A DNA stretch of 64,000 bases from Clostridiales bacterium (lineage in GTDB: Bacteria > Bacillota > Clostridia > Oscillospirales > CAG-382), in NCBI GenBank assembly GCA_003343885.1, contig QAKH01000059.1:8416-72415 (forward strand), read 5' to 3'. This document shows positions 24,923 through 34,606 of this stretch, piece after piece. Both the position numbers and the translations under genes were made by a program. How positions within the stretch are numbered: the first letter of the stretch is position 1; the number at the start of each line of letters is the position of its first letter. The notes below the pieces were generated by a model, which saw only the letters and a program-made list of their open reading frames with translations, was not told the origin of the DNA and did no database searches.

Positions 24923-26362
24923 TTGGATAATACCGGCTTCGGTTATGGAATAGAAAATCAAAACAACAGTACAAAGAAAGTTCCGAAAAAGAAAATTCCA
25001 AAAAAAGCCGAACCGAGACGCCGAAGTGTTGTCAAACTGGTTGGCGGGGTAGACAGACCTTTTCTTGTAACTATAATTCTTTTGCTGTGCCTTGGAACTG
25101 TTATGGTTTTCAGCGCAAGCTATCCGTACGCAAACGCAAATTTTAACGGAGACAGTTATCGCTTTGCAAGGCGGCAGCTGATGTTTGTAATTCCCAGTAT
25201 AGCTGCAATGCTTATAATAGCTAAAGTAAATTGGTTCAATTACTATAATATACGTAAGCTGACAAAATTAGCTTTGATAGTGTCAATAATACTGCTTGCC
25301 GGAGTTCTGGTTGTGGGAAAAAATCTCGGCGGCGCAACAAGATGGTATTCAATAGGTCCGATAACAGTCCAGCCGTCGGAAATAGTGAAATTTACGCTCG
25401 TTATGTTTTTCGCCGATTACGCTGACAGATACGCAGAGCAAATACGGACAAAAGGAAGTCCGAAAAGCATACTGACCGTCGTGCTGCCGTTCGTGCTTAT
25501 CTGCGGAGCCGGAGCAGGAATGTTTATAGTATTTGACAATAAAGTGATTGGCGCGGTGTTTGCCGGAGCCATACTGCTTATGGCACTTGCGTTCATGTAT
25601 ATATCAAATATGAAAAAAACAGCGCCTGCTTTTTATTACGGAGTTCTTCCTTATATTATAATTCTCGGCATAGTTGGAGTGCTGCTGTATCTTCAGCCGC
25701 ATGTATCAGGTCTTATTATCATGGCTGGAATTACGTTTGCCATGATGTTTATGGGAGGAACGAATTTGTTCTATCTCATTTCCGGAGCGGGAGTAGGAGC
25801 TGTCGGACTTTTTGTAATAGCAATGACAATGGGCCATTCATCAAGCCGTATAAAAGTTTGGCAGGATCCGTTCTCATATTTGCTTGAAGGTGGTTGGCAG
25901 CCGGCTCAGTCATTGTACGCAATAGGCTCCGGTGGCTTTTGGGGAGTAGGTTTCGGAAACAGCAGACAAAAGCATCTGTACCTGCCGGAACCGCAAAACG
26001 ACTACATCTTCTCAATATGGTGTGAGGAGATGGGTTTCATAGGCGCTATGCTTGTTATTTGTATATTTCTGTTTTTCATATATAGAGGAATTTTGATAGG
26101 ACTTCGTGCTCCGGACAGATTCAGTTCGTTGCTTGTAATCGGAATAATAATGCACGTCGGACTTCAGATGGTTCTTAATATCGCCGTCGTAACCAACTCA
26201 CTGCCGAGTACCGGTATTTCACTTCCGTTTTTCAGTTACGGCGGAACGTCAATTCTGATATTACTCGCGGAAATGGGGGTTGTGCTGTCGGTGTCGCGCT
26301 TTTCTTCGGTTGAAAAAAGTACCGGAGAAGACGACAAAACGAGACAAACTTCGCCGCAGTAA
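24923..26362 (+). CDS. ftsW: SEDS-family lipid II polymerase/flippase FtsW/SpoVE
   Basis: The polytopic protein has QPSEIVKF, LPEPQNDYIFS and SLPFFSYGGTS. It starts with TTG after AGAGGA. Confidence 0.92.
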   Translation: MDNTGFGYGIENQNNSTKKVPKKKIPKKAEPRRRSVVKLVGGVDRPFLVTIILLLCLGTVMVFSASYPYANANFNGDSYRFARRQLMFVIPSIAAMLIIAKVNWFNYYNIRKLTKLALIVSIILLAGVLVVGKNLGGATRWYSIGPITVQPSEIVKFTLVMFFADYADRYAEQIRTKGSPKSILTVVLPFVLICGAGAGMFIVFDNKVIGAVFAGAILLMALAFMYISNMKKTAPAFYYGVLPYIIILGIVGVLLYLQPHVSGLIIMAGITFAMMFMGGTNLFYLISGAGVGAVGLFVIAMTMGHSSSRIKVWQDPFSYLLEGGWQPAQSLYAIGSGGFWGVGFGNSRQKHLYLPEPQNDYIFSIWCEEMGFIGAMLVICIFLFFIYRGILIGLRAPDRFSSLLVIGIIMHVGLQMVLNIAVVTNSLPSTGISLPFFSYGGTSILILLAEMGVVLSVSRFSSVEKSTGEDDKTRQTSPQ

Positions 26363-26427
26363 AATGTTATTATATACAAAATGCCAAACAGCGTAATAAT
26401 TCGTGCTTAAAGAGAGGTACTCAAAAA

Positions 26428-27558
26428 ATGAGAGTTCTTGTCAGCGGAGGCGGAACTGCCGGACATATAAATCCGGCTCTTGCCATAGCGGATAAAATAA
26501 AGTCGGAAAGGCCTGACAGCATTATAGAATATGTGGGAACTCCGACCGGAATGGAAACAAGACTTGTTCCCAATGCCGGCTATAAAATTCATACTGTTGC
26601 GGTAAGAGGATTTAAAAGAAAACTCAGCCTCTCAAATATAGACGCAGCGGTTAAAGCGGTTACATCCGTTCAGAAAGCAAAAAAAATAATTCGTGAATTC
26701 GAGCCGGACATAGTTATAGGAACGGGCGGATATGTAAGCTGGCCGGTTGTAAAGGCGGCGGCAAAACTCGGTGTTCCTACTCTTATCCACGAGCAAAATG
26801 CTGTTCCCGGTGTTACCACAAAAATGCTTTCCAAGTACGTAGACCGAGTTCTTATCAGTTTTGAAAACTCCATGGAGTTTTTTGACTGCAAAAAAGATAA
26901 GCTGGTTTTTACAGGAAACCCTGTTTCGGAAAAAATGCTGTCGGCAAACAAAGATGAAACTCGCCGCCTGCTTGGAATTGAGGATAATAAAACCGTTATC
27001 CTTTCCGCCGGCGGAAGTCTCGGAGCCAAGATGATAAATGAATCTGTTCACTACCTGATTAAACACTATACCTCGTGTACGGACAAAGTTAGGCACTTTC
27101 ACGCTACGGGACGCGGAGGATATGATGAACAGGCACTGCTGTACAGGTCCGAAGGCTTTACCGAGGCTGACAGTGAAACTCTTAAAAAAGGCGGCGTAAC
27201 GGTTAAAAAGTACATATATAACATGCCGGAATTACTTGCTGCGGCTGATATTGTAATATGCCGTGCCGGTGCTATGACGCTCTCAGAAATAGCTTGCATG
27301 GGAAAAGCGTCAATAATAGTGCCGTCACCAAACGTAACCAACAATCATCAGTATAAAAACGCAAAGGTACTTGCAGATGCAGGAGCTGCGGTGCTGATTG
27401 AAGAGAAAGATTTAACCGGACAGCTGCTTTGCGAAAAAGTTAAATATTTTGTGGATAATCCTGAAGAAAGAAAAAAAATGGAGGATAACGTACGCAAGTT
27501 TGCTGTTATGGACGCACTTGACAGAATATATTCCGAAATTTGCGGGCTTGCGGACTGA
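26428..27558 (+). CDS. murG: UDP-GlcNAc:lipid I GlcNAc transferase MurG
   Basis: The protein has VLVSGGGTAGHINPALA and RAGAMTLSEI. Confidence 0.95.
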   Translation: MRVLVSGGGTAGHINPALAIADKIKSERPDSIIEYVGTPTGMETRLVPNAGYKIHTVAVRGFKRKLSLSNIDAAVKAVTSVQKAKKIIREFEPDIVIGTGGYVSWPVVKAAAKLGVPTLIHEQNAVPGVTTKMLSKYVDRVLISFENSMEFFDCKKDKLVFTGNPVSEKMLSANKDETRRLLGIEDNKTVILSAGGSLGAKMINESVHYLIKHYTSCTDKVRHFHATGRGGYDEQALLYRSEGFTEADSETLKKGGVTVKKYIYNMPELLAAADIVICRAGAMTLSEIACMGKASIIVPSPNVTNNHQYKNAKVLADAGAAVLIEEKDLTGQLLCEKVKYFVDNPEERKKMEDNVRKFAVMDALDRIYSEICGLAD

Positions 27559-27610
27559 ACTGTGAGAATTAATTGTGGGAATTAATTTGAAGATGCTTTG
27601 GAGGAGTTAA

Positions 27611-28429
27611 ATGGACGGCAACCGGGTTAACTCAAAAAGGTCGACCGAAATGGACGTATCAACTGCGAAAAGAAGAGTTGTAAAGAAAAAGGCAAAAAAT
27701 AAGTTTTTCGCATTTTTGGTTGTGCTGATTTTGATGGTTCTTACGGCTTGGCTGTTGTTTGATAAAATATTTGTAATTAAGTCTTTTAAAATCAGCGGCG
27801 GTATTGAATATACCGAAGAACAGGCTGCGGCGATGGCGGAAAAAATAGGACTTAAAAGCGGAATGCATATGTTCGGCTTTGATAAAAATGAAGCGCAGCA
27901 GTTGGCAAAATATGCGCTTTCAGAGTTTGACAGCGTAAAAATTGAATATGACATTCCCGATAAGATAGTATTCAAAGTTGTTGAATCTGAGCCGGCAATG
28001 TATATTTCGCAAGGCGATTATACGTTTATTTTGTCGGAAGGCTTGAGGGTAATGTCTATGTCGGATAGCTCTGAACAGGCGGAGAACCTTGAGCTAAAGC
28101 ACGTCTACATAAGCGGAGTAACGAGCTGCGTTGCCGGCGAGTTCCTTTCGACTGATAATAACTCCGACACCATACTTAAGGAGCTGTATGCTGTTTTAAA
28201 GGAAGAAGAAGTGCTTGCCGAGGCAGATGAAATAGATGTTACGAATAGGTTTGCGCTGACATTTAAATATAAGGACAGGTATGACGTTAAACTTGGAGAT
28301 TCGGAAAATCTGACAGTGAAAGTCAGGTTTATGAAATCGATAGAAGAAAAACTGAAAGATACTGATAAAGGTTCTATCGACGTTTCAGATGAAAACTACC
28401 GGGAAGGTATCTTTAAGGCTTACAATTAA
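27611..28429 (+). CDS. ftsQ: Cell-division protein FtsQ/DivIB
   Basis: It has a single TM helix (FFAFLVVLILMVLTAWLL) followed by a POTRA-like domain. It sits between murG and ftsZ. Confidence 0.75.
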   Translation: MDGNRVNSKRSTEMDVSTAKRRVVKKKAKNKFFAFLVVLILMVLTAWLLFDKIFVIKSFKISGGIEYTEEQAAAMAEKIGLKSGMHMFGFDKNEAQQLAKYALSEFDSVKIEYDIPDKIVFKVVESEPAMYISQGDYTFILSEGLRVMSMSDSSEQAENLELKHVYISGVTSCVAGEFLSTDNNSDTILKELYAVLKEEEVLAEADEIDVTNRFALTFKYKDRYDVKLGDSENLTVKVRFMKSIEEKLKDTDKGSIDVSDENYREGIFKAYN

Positions 28430-28484
28430 CCGCATAAATAAATGTAAAAAAAATGTTAACTGCTGAGCTTTTTGCCAAAAAGCC

Positions 28485-28513
28485 TTGAAAATTGATTGTG
28501 AAAAGTTTATTAT
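28485..28513 (+). promoter_or_regulatory. Candidate promoter upstream of ftsZ
   Basis: TTGAAA (28485-28490), a 17-nt spacer, then TATTAT (28508-28513). Confidence 0.45.
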
Positions 28514-28591
28514 ATATATTGTATAGATATCTCTGTGATAATTTGCACTGCATATAATTTGAATGACGATAGAAAACAGGAGGAAGTTTAA

Positions 28592-29731
28592 ATGAATTTC
28601 GATTACGATGCGAGTTTGGATTCCGGCGCAAAAATAAAGGTTATCGGCGTCGGCGGCGCCGGAAACAACGCTGTTAACCGAATGGTAACTGAAAATGTGA
28701 AGGGCGTTGATTTTGTTGCCGTAAATACCGACCAGCAGGCACTTTACCGCTGTGCGGCTCCGGGAAAAGTACTTATCGGTGAAAAGCTTACTAAGGGCAG
28801 AGGTGCCGGAGCAAACCCTGATGTTGGAAAGAATGCGGCGGAAGAAAATATAGATGACATAAAGAAAACACTTGAAGGCACGGATATGGTGTTTATAACT
28901 GCCGGCATGGGCGGCGGAACGGGAACCGGAGCGGCTCCTGTTATCGCAAAACTCGCCAAGGATATGGGCGTTCTTACCATAGGTGTTGTAACCAAGCCGT
29001 TTGCTTTTGAAGGCAAAAAGAAGATGGAGCAGGCTGAGGCTGGAATATCAGCTCTTAAGCAGCATGTAGACTCGATTATTATAATTCCTAACGAAAGACT
29101 TAAGTTCGTTTCCGAAACCGGCAGGCTTACTCTTGCAACTGCCTTCCAGGTGGCTGACGACGTGCTTCGCCGCGGTGTTCAGAGCATTACCGACCTTATC
29201 AATGTACCTTCATTTATGAACCTTGACTTTAATGACGTTGTAACAACCATGCAGAACGCCGGACTTGCTCATATGGGCGTTGGTTCTGCTCAGGGTAAGG
29301 ACAAGGCTGAGGTCGCCGCTAAGGCTGCTATATCAAGTCCGCTTCTTGAAACATCCATCACAGGATGCAGGGGAATTATTATCAACTTCACATCTTCTCC
29401 GGACATCGGACTTGATGAAGTTGAGTACGCCGCAAGCCTTGTCGGACAAGAGGCTCATCCGGATGCAAATGTTATCTGGGGTGTTACATTTGATGAAAAG
29501 CTTGAGGATGAGATGCGCGTAACAGTAATAGCAACAGGTTTTGACGCAGATAAGACTGATGCAAAGGTCGTATCAAGACCTGTAATGGATAAGCTTGAGT
29601 CTTCGGAAAATGCAGCATCTTCTGATACAGCTGCCGGAATCGCTGATAAAACCGTTGCCGGTGATGAAATAGAAGACGCTTTGAATTTGTTCAAGAAACG
29701 CGGTTCAAGTCCCTCAAGACTTAATTTCTAA
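28592..29731 (+). CDS. ftsZ: Cell-division GTPase FtsZ
   Basis: The protein has GVGGAGNNAVNRM and the tubulin signature GMGGGTGTGAAPV. Confidence 0.98.
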   Translation: MNFDYDASLDSGAKIKVIGVGGAGNNAVNRMVTENVKGVDFVAVNTDQQALYRCAAPGKVLIGEKLTKGRGAGANPDVGKNAAEENIDDIKKTLEGTDMVFITAGMGGGTGTGAAPVIAKLAKDMGVLTIGVVTKPFAFEGKKKMEQAEAGISALKQHVDSIIIIPNERLKFVSETGRLTLATAFQVADDVLRRGVQSITDLINVPSFMNLDFNDVVTTMQNAGLAHMGVGSAQGKDKAEVAAKAAISSPLLETSITGCRGIIINFTSSPDIGLDEVEYAASLVGQEAHPDANVIWGVTFDEKLEDEMRVTVIATGFDADKTDAKVVSRPVMDKLESSENAASSDTAAGIADKTVAGDEIEDALNLFKKRGSSPSRLNF

Positions 29732-29750
29732 TTAAAATATTGCAAACTTC

Positions 29751-29795
29751 GGCATCCGCACCGATAGAAAAGTGCGGGTGCTGTTTTGTTATTTA
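29751..29795 (+). terminator. Intrinsic terminator after ftsZ
   Basis: The stem gcatccgcac pairs with gtgcgggtgc (one G-U pair), followed by tgttttgtt. Confidence 0.6.
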
Positions 29796-29874
29796 TACTT
29801 TAAATTTGGGCGGCACTGCTTGATATTGGACGCAATCTGTGGTACAATAAAAAATAAAGTTTCATGGAGGCAAT

Positions 29875-30864
29875 ATGTCGGAAAAAGAATTTGATTTGCA
29901 AAATTCCTCAAATAATAAAATAATATGTGTCGTAGGTCCGACTGCCTCGGGAAAATCAGCGCTTGCCGTAGATATTGCTTTGCATTTTGGAGGAGAGGTA
30001 ATTTCGTGCGATTCAATGCAAGTATATAAAAACATGAATATTGGAACCGCCAAAACAACTGAACCTGAAATGAAAGGTGTTGCGCACCATCTCATAGATA
30101 TATTGGACATAAATCAAAAATTCAGCGTCTCGGATTATGTCCGCCTTGCTTCGGATTGTGTGTCAGACGTGCAAAACCGGGGTAAGCTTCCTGTTTTTTG
30201 CGGCGGGACAGGCTTGTATATTGACAGCTTTATAAAAGGCATTGAGTTTGGAGAGTATCAGGTGGATCCTGACCTTGCAAAAAAATATCAAGAGATTGTA
30301 AGCACTTCAGGTTTTGAAAGTTTACATAATCTGCTAAAGTCTGTTGATCCGGAGTCTGCTGAAAAAATACAGCCTGAAAATGTAAAACGTGTTATGAGAG
30401 CGCTTGAGGTCAGCGAGTCAACCGGAATTCCAATGTCACGCTGGAACCGGCTTCAGCTTGAGAAAGCAGTGAAGCGCGACGCTTTGTATATTGGGCTGAC
30501 TTTTGAGAACAGAAGCGTATTGTATGACAGAATAAACAAAAGGGTAGACGATATGATGAGAGCAGGTCTGCTCGAAGAAGCTTATGGACTTGTGCAGTCA
30601 GGCATAGAAAGCAGTCCGACAGCCGGACAGGCTATCGGATATAAAGAGTTTTATCCATACTTCAAGGGCGAGGCCCGGCTTGACGAATGCGTGGAAAGGC
30701 TTAAAATAAACTCAAGACATTACGCTAAACGTCAGATTACATGGTTTTCAGCCAACAAGGAAATTATGACAATAGCTGTCGATTCTATGACGAAAGAAGA
30801 TGTCCGCCGCAGAGCCTTTGAAATGTGTGAGCAGTATCTTGACAAAGAACGGCAGGAGAAATAA
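29875..30864 (+). CDS. miaA: tRNA dimethylallyltransferase MiaA
   Basis: The protein has the P-loop VVGPTASGKSALA and DSMQVYKNMNIGTAK. It has its own promoter (TTGATA 29820-29825, 17 nt, TACAAT 29843-29848). Confidence 0.93.
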   Translation: MSEKEFDLQNSSNNKIICVVGPTASGKSALAVDIALHFGGEVISCDSMQVYKNMNIGTAKTTEPEMKGVAHHLIDILDINQKFSVSDYVRLASDCVSDVQNRGKLPVFCGGTGLYIDSFIKGIEFGEYQVDPDLAKKYQEIVSTSGFESLHNLLKSVDPESAEKIQPENVKRVMRALEVSESTGIPMSRWNRLQLEKAVKRDALYIGLTFENRSVLYDRINKRVDDMMRAGLLEEAYGLVQSGIESSPTAGQAIGYKEFYPYFKGEARLDECVERLKINSRHYAKRQITWFSANKEIMTIAVDSMTKEDVRRRAFEMCEQYLDKERQEK

Positions 30865-30896
30865 TATTATAAATTCTGAGAATGGGAGGAGTAACA

Positions 30897-32192
30897 TTGA
30901 ATAAACGCATATCATCGTTTTTTTGCGATCCAAAGACAGTAATTAAGAATGTTGCGATATTTTTGCTTATGATATTTTTGTCGGTGTATGCTTTTTTTCA
31001 GATACTCCCTACATTTGCCCAGAAAATAGAAACGGAAACAGCCTTGCCGGTTTCTGTTTATGATACGACACAAACAACAGGGTATATTTTCAGAGAAGAA
31101 CAGCTTGTATCCGGTCCCTCAAACGGCATAGCCGTTACCCTGGTGAAGGACGGAGAGAGACTGTCAAACGGACAGCACTTTGCAAATGTGTACAGTAATG
31201 CGGATGCCGCAAAACTGCAAGAGGAGATAAATGCGATAGACAGAAAAATAGAAACGCTGTCAAAAAGCGTCGTAGATACGGATTTGTATGTTACGGATAT
31301 TACAAAAACAGATGAAGCAATTTCTGATAATTTTGATGAACTCTTCTCTAAGATAGCCAAAAACGACCTTACGGACACTCTTAATATTCAAAAAGACCTT
31401 CTTGTTAATCTAAACAAGAAAGATATGATAGTTAATATGACCGATAGCTATGACGCAGAAATTGCTTCGCTCCAGACTCAAAGAAATGCAATTTTAAATC
31501 GCATAAACTCTATGACGCAAAAGCTTATTGCGCCGTTTTCCGGATATTATTACGGCGATACTGACGGTTATGAAACCATTTTTGATCCTGCTGAGCTTGA
31601 AAATCTCACTATTGAGCGATTTCATGAAATTATATCTCAGCCGCCGGTTCAAAACAGTACGACTGCCGATTTCGGTAAGATAGTTACCGATTTTGTGTGG
31701 TACGTCGTGTGTGAAACAGACAGGCTTTCAGCCGCTAAGTACAATATAGGCAGCTACTATAAGCTAAGATTTACCTCTTTTTCCGAAGAGGAAATAAAAC
31801 TTGAACTAACCGACGTCATATCTGAAACATCAGAAGACACGGCGCTGCTTATCTTTAGAGGAAATACTGCGCCTGAAGGTTTTCCGTACCAGCGCAGTCA
31901 ACAGGTTGACATAATCAGCGACGGCTATTCAGGACTTGCCGTACCTAAACAGGCGCTGAGAGTGGTTGACGGGAAAACGGGAGTGTATATTCTCGATGGG
32001 GATATAGTAAGATTTCGCCTTGCAGATGTGATTTTTGAGGATGAAGATTATTACGTTATTTCGACAGAATCCGCAAAAACAGCAGATAATCAAGAAGATA
32101 CAGAGGACGGGAAAACCTACTACTATCTGACATTGTATGATAACGTGATTGTCAGCGGCAAATCACTTTTTGACGGAAAAATCATAGGCTGA
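30897..32192 (+). CDS. HlyD/membrane-fusion-like protein (N-terminal TM, coiled coil, beta-rich C-terminus)
   Basis: A TM helix (IFLLMIFLSVYAFF) is followed by a long coiled-coil-like stretch and a C-terminal barrel-like region (GLAVPKQALRVVDGKTGVYIL). TTG 30897 follows GGAGGAG. Confidence 0.4.
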   Translation: MNKRISSFFCDPKTVIKNVAIFLLMIFLSVYAFFQILPTFAQKIETETALPVSVYDTTQTTGYIFREEQLVSGPSNGIAVTLVKDGERLSNGQHFANVYSNADAAKLQEEINAIDRKIETLSKSVVDTDLYVTDITKTDEAISDNFDELFSKIAKNDLTDTLNIQKDLLVNLNKKDMIVNMTDSYDAEIASLQTQRNAILNRINSMTQKLIAPFSGYYYGDTDGYETIFDPAELENLTIERFHEIISQPPVQNSTTADFGKIVTDFVWYVVCETDRLSAAKYNIGSYYKLRFTSFSEEEIKLELTDVISETSEDTALLIFRGNTAPEGFPYQRSQQVDIISDGYSGLAVPKQALRVVDGKTGVYILDGDIVRFRLADVIFEDEDYYVISTESAKTADNQEDTEDGKTYYYLTLYDNVIVSGKSLFDGKIIG

Positions 32193-32217
32193 TGAAAAGT
32201 CAAAGGAGAGGATAAAA

Positions 32218-32964
32218 ATGGGAGAGAAATTCTCACGCCAGGTTATAGAAAATAATATAAGCGAAATACGTAAGAAAATTGCCGAAGAGGCGGAAAAAGT
32301 CAATCGTGATCCCGCAAAGATTAAATTGCTTGCCGCAACAAAGACAGTTGATGCGGATACAATAAATTTTGCAATATCCAAAGGCATACGCCTTATAGGA
32401 GAAAACAGAGTCCAGGAACTGCTTGAGAAATATGATAAGATTGACAAGTCTAATGTGGATATTCACTTTATCGGACGACTCCAGACAAATAAAGTAAAAT
32501 ATATCATCGATAAGGTAAGCCTTATACATTCCGTTGACTCTCTTAGACTGGCGGAAGAAATAGATAAACAGGCAAAAAAACACGACCTTGTTATGGATGT
32601 CCTGCTTGAAGTCAACGTTGCCGGTGAGCAGTCAAAAGGCGGAGCCGCATTTGATGAGGTCTACGGTTTGCTTGAACAAATAGCTAAATTTACAAATGTT
32701 CGTGTCAAAGGCTTAATGACAATTCCACCAAAATGTAATAATTTGGTAACAGAGGAAAATGGCGGAAGCAGTTCAGAAAAAGTTTACAAAAACAGCGAGT
32801 TTTTTGATAAAATATTGAATTTGTTTCTTGACATATCGTCGAAAAAGTTAGATAATATATGTATGTATGAATTATCTGCCGGAATGTCTGATGATTACAT
32901 AACAGCAGTTCGTTACGGAGCAACAATTTTGCGCCTTGGACGGGCTATATTTGGTGACAGATAG
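32218..32964 (+). CDS. yggS: YggS/YlmE-family PLP homeostasis protein
   Basis: The protein has KLLAATKTV (PLP lysine), HFIGRLQTNKVK and ELSAGMSDDY. Confidence 0.9.
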   Translation: MGEKFSRQVIENNISEIRKKIAEEAEKVNRDPAKIKLLAATKTVDADTINFAISKGIRLIGENRVQELLEKYDKIDKSNVDIHFIGRLQTNKVKYIIDKVSLIHSVDSLRLAEEIDKQAKKHDLVMDVLLEVNVAGEQSKGGAAFDEVYGLLEQIAKFTNVRVKGLMTIPPKCNNLVTEENGGSSSEKVYKNSEFFDKILNLFLDISSKKLDNICMYELSAGMSDDYITAVRYGATILRLGRAIFGDR

Positions 32965-32996
32965 CATAGAGAATATAAAATTTGGAGGTTTGAAAA

Positions 32997-33479
32997 ATGA
33001 GATTTTTCGATAAGATGAAGAATTTTCTCCCGAATAATTATGGTGATGAAGCGGGATACGAGGACGATTACTCGGAAGAACAGGATGAGGAGATGGTTCA
33101 GAACGAGGTGCGTCCGCGCGAAGTAAAGCAACAGCCGGTGTATGGTGCAAGACCGTCTGAAACAAGCGGCGTAGCGATAGCCTCCAGAAATTCGTCAATC
33201 GAAATGAGAGTTGTTTCTCCGACAAGATTTGACGAGGTTGACCAGATATCTGATTTGCTTCTCAGAAATATTACCGTTCTTCTCAATCTTGAGAATACAA
33301 ACAAAGAAACTACAAAACGCCTTATCGACTTTCTCTCAGGCGTGGCTTATGCCCTTAACGGTGAAGTTCAGAAGGTTGCCGACAATGCGTATGTCGTTAC
33401 CCCCAACAACGTTGCCGTTTCAAGCGAAACCTTGGAGAACTCTCAGGCTCAGCCGCAGGATACGGGGATATACGAATAA
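32997..33479 (+). CDS. sepF: Cell-division protein SepF
   Basis: The conserved C-terminal domain reads VVSPTRFDEVDQISDLLLRNITVLLNLEN..GVAYALNGEVQKVADN. Its position in the ylm block fits. Confidence 0.9.
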   Translation: MRFFDKMKNFLPNNYGDEAGYEDDYSEEQDEEMVQNEVRPREVKQQPVYGARPSETSGVAIASRNSSIEMRVVSPTRFDEVDQISDLLLRNITVLLNLENTNKETTKRLIDFLSGVAYALNGEVQKVADNAYVVTPNNVAVSSETLENSQAQPQDTGIYE

Positions 33480-33485
33480 AGCAAA

Positions 33486-33752
33486 ATGCCTGTAATTTTG
33501 TTGATTTTATTTTTTGCGGTACGGCTGTTACTTGAATTGTTTTATGTTTTGCTTATTGTACGCGCCGTGCTGTCGTGGGTTCCGGGAGTGCGCAACCGTT
33601 TAACGGATTTTGTCTATATGGTGACAGAACCGGTTCTTTCTCCCGTGAGAAATTTGCTGAACCGTTCAAGATTCGGCAATTTGTCCTTGCCGATAGATCT
33701 CTCTTTTTTGGTAGTCCTGTTCATTCTTACGTTTTTGCTGTATATTTTTTAA
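33486..33752 (+). CDS. YggT/YlmG-family membrane protein
   Basis: The 88-aa protein has two TM helices and the motif LLIVRAVLSWVP. Confidence 0.85.
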   Translation: MPVILLILFFAVRLLLELFYVLLIVRAVLSWVPGVRNRLTDFVYMVTEPVLSPVRNLLNRSRFGNLSLPIDLSFLVVLFILTFLLYIF

Positions 33753-33756
33753 AGAT

Positions 33757-34566
33757 ATGAATGATAACGATATACAAAGCAAGATCCTTTGCGCCCGTAT
33801 TGATGACCTTTGCAGACGTTGTGAAACGAGGTATTGTCCTTGCTTTACTTCTTTTCTTTCACCTCATGAGAGAGCAGTTGTTTTGCGTGAGGCGGTTAAA
33901 CATCCTGATGTTTTGTGCATCGAGTTTACCGGTGTAGATTTTGCCGAAAGGGCAGTTCTTGGATTTTTTCCTAAAGATCTGTATCTTTTTGAAAAAATTG
34001 AAGATTTGTCTGAAGATGACAGGGATGAATATGAAAGGGAAGCGGATATAGGATACGTTAAGGTAACAGGTTCAGGTTACAGGAAAATAGGGCATAAAGA
34101 TGTGCTTGGCGCACTTATGGCGCTTGGATTAAAAAGAGAAACTCTGGGTGACATATTGATTTCGGATGATGCCCGGGAAGCGTATATTGTCGCACTCGGA
34201 AGTGTCGTTCCGTATATTTGTGATAATCTTGTCGGGGTATCGAGCGACAAGGTGAAAGCCGTGAAAATAAGCAGACATGAGATGCCTCGTAAGACTAACA
34301 GGTTTGCTGATATGTCGCTTACGGTCGCATCGCAGAGGTTAGATGCGCTGATTGCTTCGGCGCTTGGCATGTCAAGGGAAAAGTCAAAAAAATGTATAAC
34401 TTCGGGGCTTGTGTCTGTGAATTATACAGTGTGTATGTCTGCAGACTCCGGTTTTAATCCCGGCGATGTGATATCCGTTAAGGGAGGCGGAAAGTTCCTT
34501 GTGGACTCGCTCCTCGGACAGACGCAAAAAAACAGATTCAGGGTGATCGTCAGAAAGTACCTTTGA
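33757..34566 (+). CDS. ylmH: YlmH-like S4-domain RNA-binding protein
   Basis: The C-terminal S4 motif is QRLDALIASALGMSREKSKKCITSGLVSVN. It sits between yggT and divIVA. Confidence 0.85.
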   Translation: MNDNDIQSKILCARIDDLCRRCETRYCPCFTSFLSPHERAVVLREAVKHPDVLCIEFTGVDFAERAVLGFFPKDLYLFEKIEDLSEDDRDEYEREADIGYVKVTGSGYRKIGHKDVLGALMALGLKRETLGDILISDDAREAYIVALGSVVPYICDNLVGVSSDKVKAVKISRHEMPRKTNRFADMSLTVASQRLDALIASALGMSREKSKKCITSGLVSVNYTVCMSADSGFNPGDVISVKGGGKFLVDSLLGQTQKNRFRVIVRKYL

Positions 34567-34606
34567 CTTTGACGACGAATGCCTTAAAGAAAGGAAATGA
34601 AGCAGC

